Part shown: positions 54,563-64,000 of the stretch, in pieces | Numbering within the stretch: the stretch's first letter is position 1 | Layout: each line of letters begins with the position of its first letter | Notes under the pieces: generated by a model | Told to the model about the DNA's origin: nothing | What the model saw: only the letters and a program-made list of their open reading frames with translations | The model's database searches: none | Made by a program: the position numbers and the translations under genes | NCBI GenBank assembly: GCA_973895155.1 | Contig: OZ316895.1 | Span: 13,565,186 to 13,629,185, forward strand | DNA length: 64,000 nucleotides | Direction of reading: 5' to 3' | Origin: Marsupella aquatica | Lineage: Eukaryota; Plantae; Marchantiophyta

Positions 54563-57500
54563 TCACGACACCGGTGGTGGATCCTTAATGGACGCCCCCA
54601 ACGCTTCCTCCTCAGCCACTACCGTAGGCTCATTCCCTGACAGATTACCTGCCCTTGACTGAGTCAACTCTCCATCGGCCTGACTGGGTCCACCATCGGC
54701 GTCAGCATCGGCTCGAGAATCGGTTACGGCCTCAGCCTCGGCTACGGTCTCCCCGGCCTGCTCAAGAGGCGGATCTGGAATACTGGCCTCCTTACTGAGT
54801 AGTTCGGCTTGGGCCGCACCATCCCTACCTGTGATCATAGCGGGATCTATTGCCGTATTCATGTCGGAGGATGGTGCTGGTTCTACCTCTTTGGTCACCA
54901 CGGCTTGTGGAGTCGGATTACTCCTTGACCCTGAAGGTTTCCGCTTTTTCTTCTTTTCTGGTTCGGCAGCTGGTCCCTTCCCCTTCCCACTTACCTCCGG
55001 CACTGGTGCAGTTGGCGCGGCTTTTTCTTCGGCCAGTACCACTCCTGGTAACTTGGTTGCCCCAATTGGAGTTGGGCCTGATGAAGACAAGCACCTAAAT
55101 ATTGCGGCTTGTTTCTTCAGCCGCTCCGTTTGGTTGTCGGCCCGCCGCTGGAGGTTCTCCATCTTCCTCGTGATTTCCTCCAACTCCTCTTGGGTCTCAT
55201 CCAGGTCCTTGCGTGCCTCCTCTAGTTCCTTCTGGGCTTCCTCCCGTTCTTGTTTCAAGGTAGTCCTCTCCTCCTGGGTTGCTTTTAGCTCCTTGTCGAG
55301 CTCTGCAATGATGACAGACTCCATCTGGTTCATCTTGGCGTAAGTCTGTTCGAGCATCTCGTCCTTCTCCCTTAGGTCGGCCTTGAAGCTGGCCGTCAGG
55401 GACGCAAGCTCCTGCTGCAGCGCCATAATCCCTTGATAGGATTTCCCTAACTCGGCCTCCTTCTGCTCAAGGGCTCCGCGGATTTTCTCGAGCTCCCCTT
55501 TCAACGCCCATTCCTTTCTTTGGGTCTCCGCCATGGCCCGGCTGTTGGCTGTTATGTGGGCCTCCTCTGTATTCTTCAGCTCTTGCTTCCACTTCTCCCT
55601 CTCTTTGATCGTGTCGGCCAACTCTTCCTGCGTCTGAGTCAGTTTATCCTTGATATTCTGATTATCAGCCTGCGCGGTGTCCAACTGCCCCTGCATGATG
55701 TTCAGCTCATGTCGTTTAATCCGCAGTTCATCTTGGGCTTTCTTGGCCGCCCTTAGATCTTCAATCTCGGCTTCCATCCTCCTAAGCCGCCGAATGACCT
55801 CGTCCTTCTTGCTTCTCTCTAAAGCCACCGCTTCTTCTAATTGGTGCTTCTCCAACTGCTCCCTATGGAAAAAGGGTCCTACTTCCAACTCCTCTCCAAA
55901 GATGCCGAGCGCAAGTTCCCCACACATCTCACCATACTCCATGGCTCTATTCTTAGCGTAGGTGGAGTAAGTAGAAGTGATCGGCATCGCCCATCGCGGC
56001 CTCTGCTCCCAAGCCGTCCTGCGGATCTCTTCAATCGTGGCTAGAGGTTTGCTTCCTTTTTTGGCTAGCCGCCTGATGTCCTCCGGCCAATCTCCTCCTG
56101 GTAAATCCTTTTCCTTAGCCAGGGCGGCCTCCTCCTCCTGCTTGATTCGCTCCTGAAATTCCTGCACCATCTGTTTTATGCCGTCGAAGCTCGGGGGAGC
56201 AACATCTGGTGGGGGAGACTCAGGGCTACTCTGCTGGTTGGGGTCCCCTCGCACTACCCTTGGAAGTGTGGGGACAAACCGGCCACAGGTCCTTACTCCT
56301 GGAACGTGATGGTCCGACCCATAGCCGGAATTATCATGGCTGCAGTCCTCCACTGCCTCCTCTACCTCTTGGACGTCCGGCTTCTCCCTCTCCTCTTCGT
56401 CGGTAGGAGCTTCAGGCAATTCTGCCTCAGATTCGGAGCTTGAGGTTCCCACGTACATTCGAACACCTGGCTTGGATTCCGGCCTGATTCTCTCCTTGTC
56501 TCCAGCAAAGGGGTTTTCTCTTGTGAGTCGGTATAGGCCTACCTCTGTAGTAGTGTCCTGCATTGTTGCCGTTGCCGTTGTTGTTGCCGATGCCGATTTC
56601 TTTTCTTTCTCCAGTAGTTTCAGCAGACTCTGCATGCCTGGTTGCTGCATCGGCAAGTCTTCCTTCCTGGGCCTAAACACCTGCTCGATCGTAGGACTAA
56701 CAGGTGGTTGAGGCTTCTCAGCCAATGGCCTCGGCGTTGGAGCTTCCTCGGGTGCCCTTACCTGCAGGGGAAGTACCGGGGCAAAAGTCTGACCTCTGGC
56801 ATACCGGCACAACAGCGGCATGTGATAGCCCAGCCACGACACGCTCCCCATGCCGATTACCTGCTGCTCCTCCTTTAAGATCTTCTTCAATTGGTTGAGG
56901 AGGTACCCGTTGTAGTCCCAGCTTGGGTCTGGCCTTTCTGCCAGATAGACCTGTGCCTTGCCGATCTCTGCCCTCGGCAAGTTACAATGCATGGTCACCC
57001 GCAAGAAGTCGATCATCTCTCCTATGTGCGGGTTGGTGCAGGTGTTCCGGAAGAAGCCATTCTTCGTTGATGGCCCGGGGAACGACCGGAACTCCTTGTC
57101 AGGCAAGGTCTTCCTGGTATCAACTTTGGTCTTATTGCCTATCGGCAGGCCAAACACTTCGGCAATTACCTTGGGAGTAAGATAGAAATCCTTCCCATAT
57201 ATCCTCGTGCAATTGGTCTCGGGTTCCCATGACCCCACGAATTCTAATAGGTCTGACTCCGGTACCTCCGGCTTCAGCCATGGTAATCTTACAAAGGCCT
57301 CCAAGCCGGATCCGACCATGAAGCCTTGGTATCTCTTGGTCTGCATGGCCGTAAAGCATGCATCCTCCTCCCGTGCAAAATGTAGTTGCACCTCCACCGG
57401 TAGGGTTGCCGCCCAGCCTTTCCAGGTGTCATCCCTGGTTGGAATGGCCTTGATGGGATCGACCTCCTCCTCTTTGGCTTCTCCCTGCCTCCTGCTCTGC

Positions 57501-58195
57501 TGCTCGGCTGGCTTCTTTGGTGCCGCCGACCTCGTTCTTTTTGCCGGGGTGGCTTCATCGTTGACGGCTCCCTTCCTCTTCATCTCTGCTGCCGTGGAGG
57601 TTTCTCCTAGCACCGTTGCCTGGGTCCACCTTTCCGTGCTACCCTTTAATTCCCAGTGTATGTCGTTGTAGTTCTTGATGGCCTCTCGGATGCCGACGAC
57701 ACTGTCTTTGCAAAACAGAAGATCGTCGAGTTGATTGGAAGTAGGCGTCCACAGGAACTCGTCCTTGATGAGTTCGCCTCCTAAGAAAGCCGTCTTCTGC
57801 AGCTCCCACAATCGAGCGAGCTCCTGCCGTTCTCGAGCTGCCCTTTCTGATTCCTCGTCCTCGTAAGTCTTGATGTACTCAGTTGCCCGTTCGAACAGGC
57901 ATCCCCAGAAATGTGCCGCTTGATTGACGTTGCTCATACCCTCCTTAGGTCGATCGTCGGTATCTACTCTCTTCCCGAGTGCTTGCCTAAGCAGCTGACA
58001 GTAGTTGGCCTCCCGTAGTCGTCTGCCTAGTTCGTGCTCGCAAATGAGCCACCATCTCCTGCAAGCGCTCCTTACCCCTCCCCTCTGCCGGTCCTTCTTC
58101 CCGTTGATCCTTCCTAGCCGCCGACACTTAACGCGCCCTAACCCTAATCGGGTTTTCACCCTCAGCCTTACCTCCGGCCTCTGCCCGGGTTCCAT
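54563..58195 (-). CDS. Extra retroelement ORF3 (1210 aa): basic N-terminus, transposon-protein-like domain, long coiled coil
   Basis: Uninterrupted 3.6-kb ORF starting about 100 nt after the integrase stop. LLEFVGSW..RIYGKDFYLTPKVIAEVFGLP resembles Athila/Tat extra-ORF domains; E/K/Q/L heptads over about 55130-55860; KKKKRK near the C-terminus. Confidence 0.8.
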   Translation of the reverse strand: MEPGQRPEVRLRVKTRLGLGRVKCRRLGRINGKKDRQRGGVRSACRRWWLICEHELGRRLREANYCQLLRQALGKRVDTDDRPKEGMSNVNQAAHFWGCLFERATEYIKTYEDEESERAARERQELARLWELQKTAFLGGELIKDEFLWTPTSNQLDDLLFCKDSVVGIREAIKNYNDIHWELKGSTERWTQATVLGETSTAAEMKRKGAVNDEATPAKRTRSAAPKKPAEQQSRRQGEAKEEEVDPIKAIPTRDDTWKGWAATLPVEVQLHFAREEDACFTAMQTKRYQGFMVGSGLEAFVRLPWLKPEVPESDLLEFVGSWEPETNCTRIYGKDFYLTPKVIAEVFGLPIGNKTKVDTRKTLPDKEFRSFPGPSTKNGFFRNTCTNPHIGEMIDFLRVTMHCNLPRAEIGKAQVYLAERPDPSWDYNGYLLNQLKKILKEEQQVIGMGSVSWLGYHMPLLCRYARGQTFAPVLPLQVRAPEEAPTPRPLAEKPQPPVSPTIEQVFRPRKEDLPMQQPGMQSLLKLLEKEKKSASATTTATATMQDTTTEVGLYRLTRENPFAGDKERIRPESKPGVRMYVGTSSSESEAELPEAPTDEEEREKPDVQEVEEAVEDCSHDNSGYGSDHHVPGVRTCGRFVPTLPRVVRGDPNQQSSPESPPPDVAPPSFDGIKQMVQEFQERIKQEEEAALAKEKDLPGGDWPEDIRRLAKKGSKPLATIEEIRRTAWEQRPRWAMPITSTYSTYAKNRAMEYGEMCGELALGIFGEELEVGPFFHREQLEKHQLEEAVALERSKKDEVIRRLRRMEAEIEDLRAAKKAQDELRIKRHELNIMQGQLDTAQADNQNIKDKLTQTQEELADTIKEREKWKQELKNTEEAHITANSRAMAETQRKEWALKGELEKIRGALEQKEAELGKSYQGIMALQQELASLTASFKADLREKDEMLEQTYAKMNQMESVIIAELDKELKATQEERTTLKQEREEAQKELEEARKDLDETQEELEEITRKMENLQRRADNQTERLKKQAAIFRCLSSSGPTPIGATKLPGVVLAEEKAAPTAPVPEVSGKGKGPAAEPEKKKKRKPSGSRSNPTPQAVVTKEVEPAPSSDMNTAIDPAMITGRDGAAQAELLSKEASIPDPPLEQAGETVAEAEAVTDSRADADADGGPSQADGELTQSRAGNLSGNEPTVVAEEEALGASIKDPPPVS

Positions 58196-58298
58196 GGTTG
58201 CCCCTAATTGTTTATATTTTCCTTGTTTTGTCCCTATACTAAGGTGTTCCTAGGGTGCCTTCCTGCTTTACCCACTTAACCAGCCGAGTGATTCCTGT

Positions 58299-59748
58299 CT
58301 AGGCATCACATAGCTCCCCACTTAATTGTGAAGCGTCCTCGCGAACAACTTCATCTTCGTCCATATAGTATTTCTTGAGGCGGTCATAATGGATGCGAAC
58401 TGGATATACCTCTCCCGTAATGTTGGCCAATTGTACGGAGCCATTGGGGAACATCATGGTTACTCTAAAGGGTCCTAACCAGCGAGTGTAAAGCTTTCCT
58501 GGAAACCTACTATACCTACTGTCATAAAGTAGCACAAGATCACCGGTATGAATACTAACTACTTTTAACCTTTTATCATACTGCTGCTTCATGATATTCT
58601 GTCTATATTCTACTCTCTCGGCTGAAATCATTCTCGCTTCCTCTAAAGCTTCTAACCTATATTCTCGCTCCTTTAGGCTCTCCTCCGCTGAGGCTCTTTC
58701 CTCAATTGTAACTTGAAATGTCGGTATCTCAAGTTGCATGGGTACCAGGGCTTCTTGTCCAAAGGTTAAGAAGAAGGGTGTATGACCGGTAGTGGATTTA
58801 TAGGCAAGATTGTAAGCAAAAACAGCAGCAAACAATTTATCATCCCAATCGAGTTTGTTCTGAGCTACTGTCTTGTTCAATATCTTTCCTATAATTCCGT
58901 TTGCTCGTTCTGTCAACCCGTTTGCCTTTGGATGGTAGGGAGTAGTAGGCCTATGTTTAACTAAATACTGCTCATTTAAACGACTAATTATATCATTCAA
59001 AAAATGGGTTCCTCTATCACTAACTAATTCTAGGGGTGCTCCATACCTGGTGAAGATCTGCTCATACATGAATCTAGCCGTAGTAATTGCATCATCCTTC
59101 GTTGTTGGTCTGGCCTCTACCCATTTAGTTGCATAATCCGTAGCCAGGATTATGTACTTGTTCCGTCGAGGGTGGGTCAGTGGTTTCAGAGGTCCAATGT
59201 AATCAATACCCCACTTCTCGAATGGTGCCAGAGGTAGAATAGGGTGCAGTGGATGCCTGGTGGACGCCCTTGGTCCTCCCGCTCATTGACAAGGATCGCA
59301 TTGTTTGATAAACTGATAGACATCTTTGTGCAAGGTGGGCCACTAGTAACCGGCATTTAATATCTTCTTAGACGTGGTTATTGGGGCAAAATGTCCTCCG
59401 GCCTCCTCTCCATGCATGGCCCGTAGGACTCGTTTTACCTCTCTCTTTTCCAAACATCTTTGAATCGTGCCGTTGATTCCATGCTTGTGCAGTATGCCTT
59501 TAATGCACTGATACTGTCTGACCTTCCGCACAAAGACTGCGGCTTGCTCTCGGCTTAATCCTGGTTGTAATCTGGAAGTGCTGAGAAATTGTAAAATCTC
59601 AGGGTACCATGTACCAGCTATTTCCACAACGAATAGCTCCTCGTCGGGGAATCGATCATCGATGCAATCCGTGGCAGGTTTACCTGTGATCCTTGAAAAG
59701 AAGTCGGCATTGGCATGTAACTTTCCCGGCTTGATCCTCAGCTCATAG
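58299..59748 (-). pseudogene. Gypsy integrase with in-frame stops
   Basis: HGEEAGGHF..KILNAGY*WPT, PFEKWGIDYIGP, DYATKWVEA, SDRGTHF, YHPKANGLTER, WLGPF. Confidence 0.92.
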
Positions 59749-61560
59749 TCACTGTAATAGCAAAATCCATCTTGCTACTCTGCCTGTAAGGTCCGGCTTA
59801 TTGACTAGGTACTTCAAACTTTCGTGATCAGTATGAAAGATTACCTTGTACCCTAGTAAATAATGCCTAAACTTTTTACAAGAATAAATGACTCCTAATG
59901 CTTCTCTTTCCGTGGTAGAGTAGTTCCGTTCGGCATCGGCAAGCTGACGGCTTGCGAAGTATATGGGATGGTCCCTTCCTTTCTCATCCAACTGACTTAG
60001 TACTGAGCCAATACAGAAGCCCGAGACATCTACAAAAACATGAAAATCTTTGTTCCAGTCCGGTGCTATCATGACTGGGGCCTCTACTAACATCTGCTTT
60101 AATTCTACCACCGCTGTGACTCGTTCGGGTGTGGGTTCGAAGTCTGCTCCTGCCTTGAGCATATTGGTTAATGGTAAAGCTAGCTTGGCAAAATCCTTGA
60201 TGAACCGGCGATAGTAACCAATGCATCCCAAGAAGGATCTTACATCCTTTATGTTCTTAGGTTGCATGATATCTAGCCATACTGCTAGCTTACCTTTGTC
60301 AATCTCAATGCCCTTCCTTGATACCTTGTGACCTAGTAGCACCCCCTCGGTTACTGAAAAAAAACATTTATCTGGGTGTAACTTGAGACCCACCTCTCTA
60401 CATCTCATGAAGGTTTTCCTGAGGTATTTAGCATGTTTCGATGCCTTCCCGAATACTGCAAAGTCATCAATGAAGATTTCCATGAACTTTCTCAAGTAAT
60501 CATGAAAAATGTTCACCATTAATCGTTGGAACATAGCTGGTGCATTGCAGAGTCCAAACGGCATACGATTGAAGACATAGATCCCCCATTCCGTGATGAA
60601 GGCCGTCTTGATTTGGTCTTCCTGCCGAATCCTGATTTGGTTATAACCAGAGTATCCATCCATGAATGAATATAGTTCATGACTGACTACCATGTCTAGT
60701 ACCATATCAGTAAATGGTAAAGGAAAATGGTCTTTTAATGTTGCTTCATTCAGCTTCCTGTAATCCTGACAAACCCGGATCTTGGGTTTACCATCGGGTC
60801 CAGCTTTCTTGGGAACTATCACAATTGGAGACACCCAGTCTGAATGCAGGACTGGAGTGATGAATCCAGCTTCCACTAGTTTGTCGATTTCTGTTTTGAC
60901 CAGCAGGGAATACTTCGGGTTCATCCTTCGAATTGGTTGTCGAAATGATTTGGCTCCTAACATGAGATCAATTCGATGTTCCCCTAGTGTTGGATCTACT
61001 CCCTTTAGATCTTGGTGACTCCATGCAAACACATCCTGAAATTCAATCAATAAGTCACTGATCTCTTTCTCGAGCTCAGGTGCTAGGTTTCTCCCTAAGT
61101 TCAGTTCTCTTCCCTCTCCTAAGTCGAGCTTCCGATATTGCCGTGCTTGGATCATATTAATCTGCTTCTTCAAATTTGGGTCCAGTTCGGCTTCCAGTCT
61201 CTCTAATCTCATACCTCCATAAACTGGGATCTCGGCTGGACTAGCCGAGTCGGTCCCTTCCTTGGTGTCCATAGATTGTCCCCTTACCGGTCTATTCGGT
61301 TTTGAATTAGTGGTCGGCTCCCCTTCCTGCCTTGGCTCTGGATCGTGTCTGTCCATCTCATCCACCTCTTGCTCCTGAGAGTTAGGCCGCTGTGCTCTCT
61401 CGGCTTCTAATAGGGCCTCGATTTGTTCTGCCCTCATAATCGGCTTGTATGCCGATCCCTTGGTATTTAATTCCTTGCCGATGATCGATGGCGTTGTGGA
61501 CCCCGTCGGCTCTGCCACAACGCCTGCAGAAAATCCACTGTCCCTGCTACTGCTCCCCAC
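59749..61560 (-). CDS. Reverse transcriptase-RNase H, in -1 frame to gag-PR
   Basis: WVSPIVIVPKK, CQDYRKLN, MDGYSGYNQI, MPFGLCNAPA, FIDDF, FLGCIGYYRRFI, DVSG, EREALG, TDHESL. A premature TGA ends the ORF. Confidence 0.93.
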   Translation of the reverse strand: MGSSSRDSGFSAGVVAEPTGSTTPSIIGKELNTKGSAYKPIMRAEQIEALLEAERAQRPNSQEQEVDEMDRHDPEPRQEGEPTTNSKPNRPVRGQSMDTKEGTDSASPAEIPVYGGMRLERLEAELDPNLKKQINMIQARQYRKLDLGEGRELNLGRNLAPELEKEISDLLIEFQDVFAWSHQDLKGVDPTLGEHRIDLMLGAKSFRQPIRRMNPKYSLLVKTEIDKLVEAGFITPVLHSDWVSPIVIVPKKAGPDGKPKIRVCQDYRKLNEATLKDHFPLPFTDMVLDMVVSHELYSFMDGYSGYNQIRIRQEDQIKTAFITEWGIYVFNRMPFGLCNAPAMFQRLMVNIFHDYLRKFMEIFIDDFAVFGKASKHAKYLRKTFMRCREVGLKLHPDKCFFSVTEGVLLGHKVSRKGIEIDKGKLAVWLDIMQPKNIKDVRSFLGCIGYYRRFIKDFAKLALPLTNMLKAGADFEPTPERVTAVVELKQMLVEAPVMIAPDWNKDFHVFVDVSGFCIGSVLSQLDEKGRDHPIYFASRQLADAERNYSTTEREALGVIYSCKKFRHYLLGYKVIFHTDHESLKYLVNKPDLTGRVARWILLLQ

Positions 61561-63815
61561 TTAGCCGTTTCATCCAATTGGTCTACATCCTTTACTTCCT
61601 CCGGAATTGCAGCTAAAAAGGTGGATTCTATTGTAAAGCAGTCCTCGACCTCTTCGTCTTCTTCTTCCAAGTCACCTTCCATTGGTTCTTGCCATAATCC
61701 GCTGGGGGCTACCTCTGGTCCAAAGACACCTTCTTCGGTTAGGTTAGTGAGGCATTCTAACCAACGTACTTCATCGGCTGACTCCAGTCCACTGTCGTAC
61801 CCATCTACTTCCCTTATGCTTTTCCTACGGTCATCCTTAGTGTCCCAGGATACCGTGATAGAGGGGGTCCCGAAAGTGAACTGCTTTTTACCCCAATCTT
61901 CTATTACCTCGGCTAGGTACAGCCATGGCCTACCAATCAATAGCCGGAATGACGTAGGATTTACCGGCTTCATTACTACATAGTTAATGCTAAAGAAGAT
62001 ACCTCCTATCTCTGTCTTGATGCCGGTTAACACTCCCGTCGGAATGACCTGATATCCATTGGCCATGTTCAACACTCTTCCAGTCATCTCCGGTGTTAGA
62101 CCCCACCCTTTTACTGTTGAATCAATCATAATACATACCCCTGATCCTCCATCGATGGGTATCCGTAGTAATAATTCTCCTTGAATCATTAATGGTAATG
62201 CTGGGGCTCCTTGATCTTCTTCTATCATTAGTACGTCGGATCTGGTTGCTACCTTGGGTAATCTCGGCTTGCCGAGAATAGCCTTCCTTAATTGCTTCCG
62301 GAAATACGGGCTATTTTTCAATAGTTGACCTACTGTTGCCGAGACTCTAGATTCTAGTACATCTTTAGCCAGGTCATAGGGAACAATCGGCTTCTCTTCT
62401 GGTGGTGTTTCCGTCTTGGATTCGGCCAGTTTTGCCACGCTAGTCTCCACAGCTGTTGGGTCTTCCGAAGCAAACAATGCTTTTGCTCGTTTTACATCCT
62501 TGGCAATGGCTTCGGTATTCTCCAGGGTTTCTAATTCTCTTAGTTGTTCCTTAACACTAGCCGTAACAGAGGGGTAGAACAACTTAGGATGATCTCGATT
62601 GAAGTCGCTATCTTGTGAAGGATTGGTTTCACGGGTGGGCTCATGGCTTACCTGTATTGCCGGAGCCCTCCCTTCTCCTTCTGTTGATGTTGACGAAGAG
62701 TCGATCCTTTCCTCCGTAACCTTCCCTTTATTTTTGGCCAGCCCATCCCACCTTTCCTTCCTTCTGGTAGATCGAGTAGAGACCCGGTAGCAATCATGAT
62801 CTAAATCCTCCTCTGAGAAGGTTGATAGGGCTTCGGCCTCATCAGCAGATGGTACGAACTCTGCCTCGGCATCCTCTTGCCATCCTAGTTCGATGTGGTT
62901 GATTTGAACTCCTCCGGGGGTAGTACCTGGCGGTAAGATCTTGATCGGCAAAAGCTTATGATTTGCGGCCAGGCCTGCCAACCAAGTAGGACATTGCCCT
63001 AGCATATGACCTTCCTGTCGGCATCCCATACATAGCTGAGCTGGTTGTCCATCACCCTGTTTGCGTGCATTCGGGCATTCTCTAGCAAAATGGCCAGGTT
63101 GACCACAATTATAGCACGCCGCAAATCTTTGCACATTCGGCCTAGGAGGTACTGACGGGTTCTGAATAATCCGAGGATACATCTCTCCTGGATTGTTCCT
63201 TAACCCTGACCACAGAGATGTAGGTCTGTTGGATAGGTCTCGTGCTCCAGTCTCACTGATGCCGAAAACACTATCAGCGGCATCTCCTAAAAAGTACTCT
63301 ACTTCTCCCTGACATGGTCTGATCTCGGCCACATGCCGAACATGATTAGTATTAAGCTTAGGACACGCATCTTTATGGTGTCCGGTTTTATAACATAAGG
63401 CACACCATACAGAGCTATCCTCCTGTACTACCTTCTTCTTTGGTTTTACCTCTGCAATGATAGCCTTAAGTTGCTCGGTAAGGGCTACGATGTTATCTGG
63501 TGGCTTAGCCTCCATCTTGACTTTCGTCTTCCCTCTCCTTCTGCCCTTCCTTTTCCTAGTTTTTTCTTCTTCAGAACTAGAAGATGACTCACTCTTGCTA
63601 CTCCCACTATCCGAGCTTGACTTATCACTTCTAGACTTCTTGGGATGTTTCTTCTTCTTATCTTTTTTCTTATGGGGTGATCCCTCCTCTGATGAGGAAC
63701 TCTCAGACTTAAGCTGTTTCTTTCGGCTTGTGATATCTGCATTAATGTATAATTGAATATCCTTAATTGCTTCGGCTAAAGTCTCCGGGTTCTCCTTCCT
63801 AATTGCAAAACTCAT
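61467..63815 (-). CDS. Gag-protease (partial; an in-frame TAG at about 63820 separates it from upstream gag)
   Basis: Three CCHC knuckles (CALCYKTGHHKDAC, CYNCGQPGHFAREC, CMGCRQEGHMLGQC), protease IDGGSG and LLIGRPWL. Confidence 0.88.
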   Translation of the reverse strand: MSFAIRKENPETLAEAIKDIQLYINADITSRKKQLKSESSSSEEGSPHKKKDKKKKHPKKSRSDKSSSDSGSSKSESSSSSEEEKTRKRKGRRRGKTKVKMEAKPPDNIVALTEQLKAIIAEVKPKKKVVQEDSSVWCALCYKTGHHKDACPKLNTNHVRHVAEIRPCQGEVEYFLGDAADSVFGISETGARDLSNRPTSLWSGLRNNPGEMYPRIIQNPSVPPRPNVQRFAACYNCGQPGHFARECPNARKQGDGQPAQLCMGCRQEGHMLGQCPTWLAGLAANHKLLPIKILPPGTTPGGVQINHIELGWQEDAEAEFVPSADEAEALSTFSEEDLDHDCYRVSTRSTRRKERWDGLAKNKGKVTEERIDSSSTSTEGEGRAPAIQVSHEPTRETNPSQDSDFNRDHPKLFYPSVTASVKEQLRELETLENTEAIAKDVKRAKALFASEDPTAVETSVAKLAESKTETPPEEKPIVPYDLAKDVLESRVSATVGQLLKNSPYFRKQLRKAILGKPRLPKVATRSDVLMIEEDQGAPALPLMIQGELLLRIPIDGGSGVCIMIDSTVKGWGLTPEMTGRVLNMANGYQVIPTGVLTGIKTEIGGIFFSINYVVMKPVNPTSFRLLIGRPWLYLAEVIEDWGKKQFTFGTPSITVSWDTKDDRRKSIREVDGYDSGLESADEVRWLECLTNLTEEGVFGPEVAPSGLWQEPMEGDLEEEDEEVEDCFTIESTFLAAIPEEVKDVDQLDETAKWGAVAGTVDFLQALWQSRRGPQRHRSSARN
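61477..61536 (-). promoter_or_regulatory. Programmed -1 ribosomal frameshift signal
   Basis: In-phase G GAU UUU (61536-61530), 5-nt spacer, perfect 10-bp stem GGCGUUGUGG/CCACAACGCC; loop GCCGA is complementary to downstream UCGGC. Confidence 0.8.
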
Positions 63816-64000
63816 CTTCTATGGCAAAGCATTCACCAACCATTGAAGTTGCATACCTTCAGATGCATTGGTCTTTGTACGTCTTACCAGTTTCTGAAAG
63901 CGTTGCAAGAACTTCCTGAAGGATTTGTTCTCCTTGAACCAAAGTTGTCCCAACTTCAGCACTGCTAGTTCTGAAGTTCCAATGGGTCGAAACTCCTTAA

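Larger units (their letters stand above)
53642..64000 (-). mobile_element. Ty3/Gypsy non-chromovirus (Athila/Tat-like) element with extra 3' ORF, 5' end outside window
   Basis: Begins with TG at 53642, exactly where copy B is broken (expected TSD GCGGC). Contains gag-PR, RT-RH, INT and ORF3. The inner boundary of the 3' LTR was not resolved. Confidence 0.9.

Noticed and set aside
53642-54570. Exact 3' LTR of the second Gypsy (TGTGGTGCG...CACGACA)
   Set aside because: The ends are roughly inverted, but there is no polypurine tract next to 54570 and the partner LTR is outside the window.
54831-57671. Plus-strand ORFs opposite ORF3 and opposite other TE genes
   Set aside because: Antisense shadows of real coding frames.

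Overview
Eukaryotic, land-plant nuclear DNA with spliceosomal GT-AG introns; a bryophyte-like origin is my inference only. Host genes are a 12-13 exon GSK3/SHAGGY-like kinase (minus, about 15.2-21.2 kb), a 2-exon ataxin-10 homologue (minus, 37.5-39.9 kb) and a possible 60-aa Ala-rich microprotein (34.0 kb). The rest is mostly mobile DNA. There is a degenerate DUF3504/Crypton-type tyrosine recombinase gene with a neighbouring hairpin (0-2.2 kb). A full-length decayed Ty1/Copia element with both LTRs and an AGCTC TSD (2969-9638) carries a nested solo LTR, and a second related solo LTR lies at 25.7 kb. A nested Ty3/Gypsy cluster runs from about 41.9 kb to the window end. The most striking system is a Gypsy family, present in two decayed copies in inverted orientation. 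Its polyprotein has a DNMT3-like C5 cytosine methyltransferase between protease and RT, and a PHD finger at the integrase C-terminus, so a DNA-methylation writer and a histone reader sit in one retrotransposon. A different Gypsy element, inserted into that methyltransferase, has a clear -1 frameshift signal (G GAU UUU plus stem-loop/pseudoknot) and an intact extra 1210-aa ORF. All family assignments come from motif recognition by eye; no searches were run.
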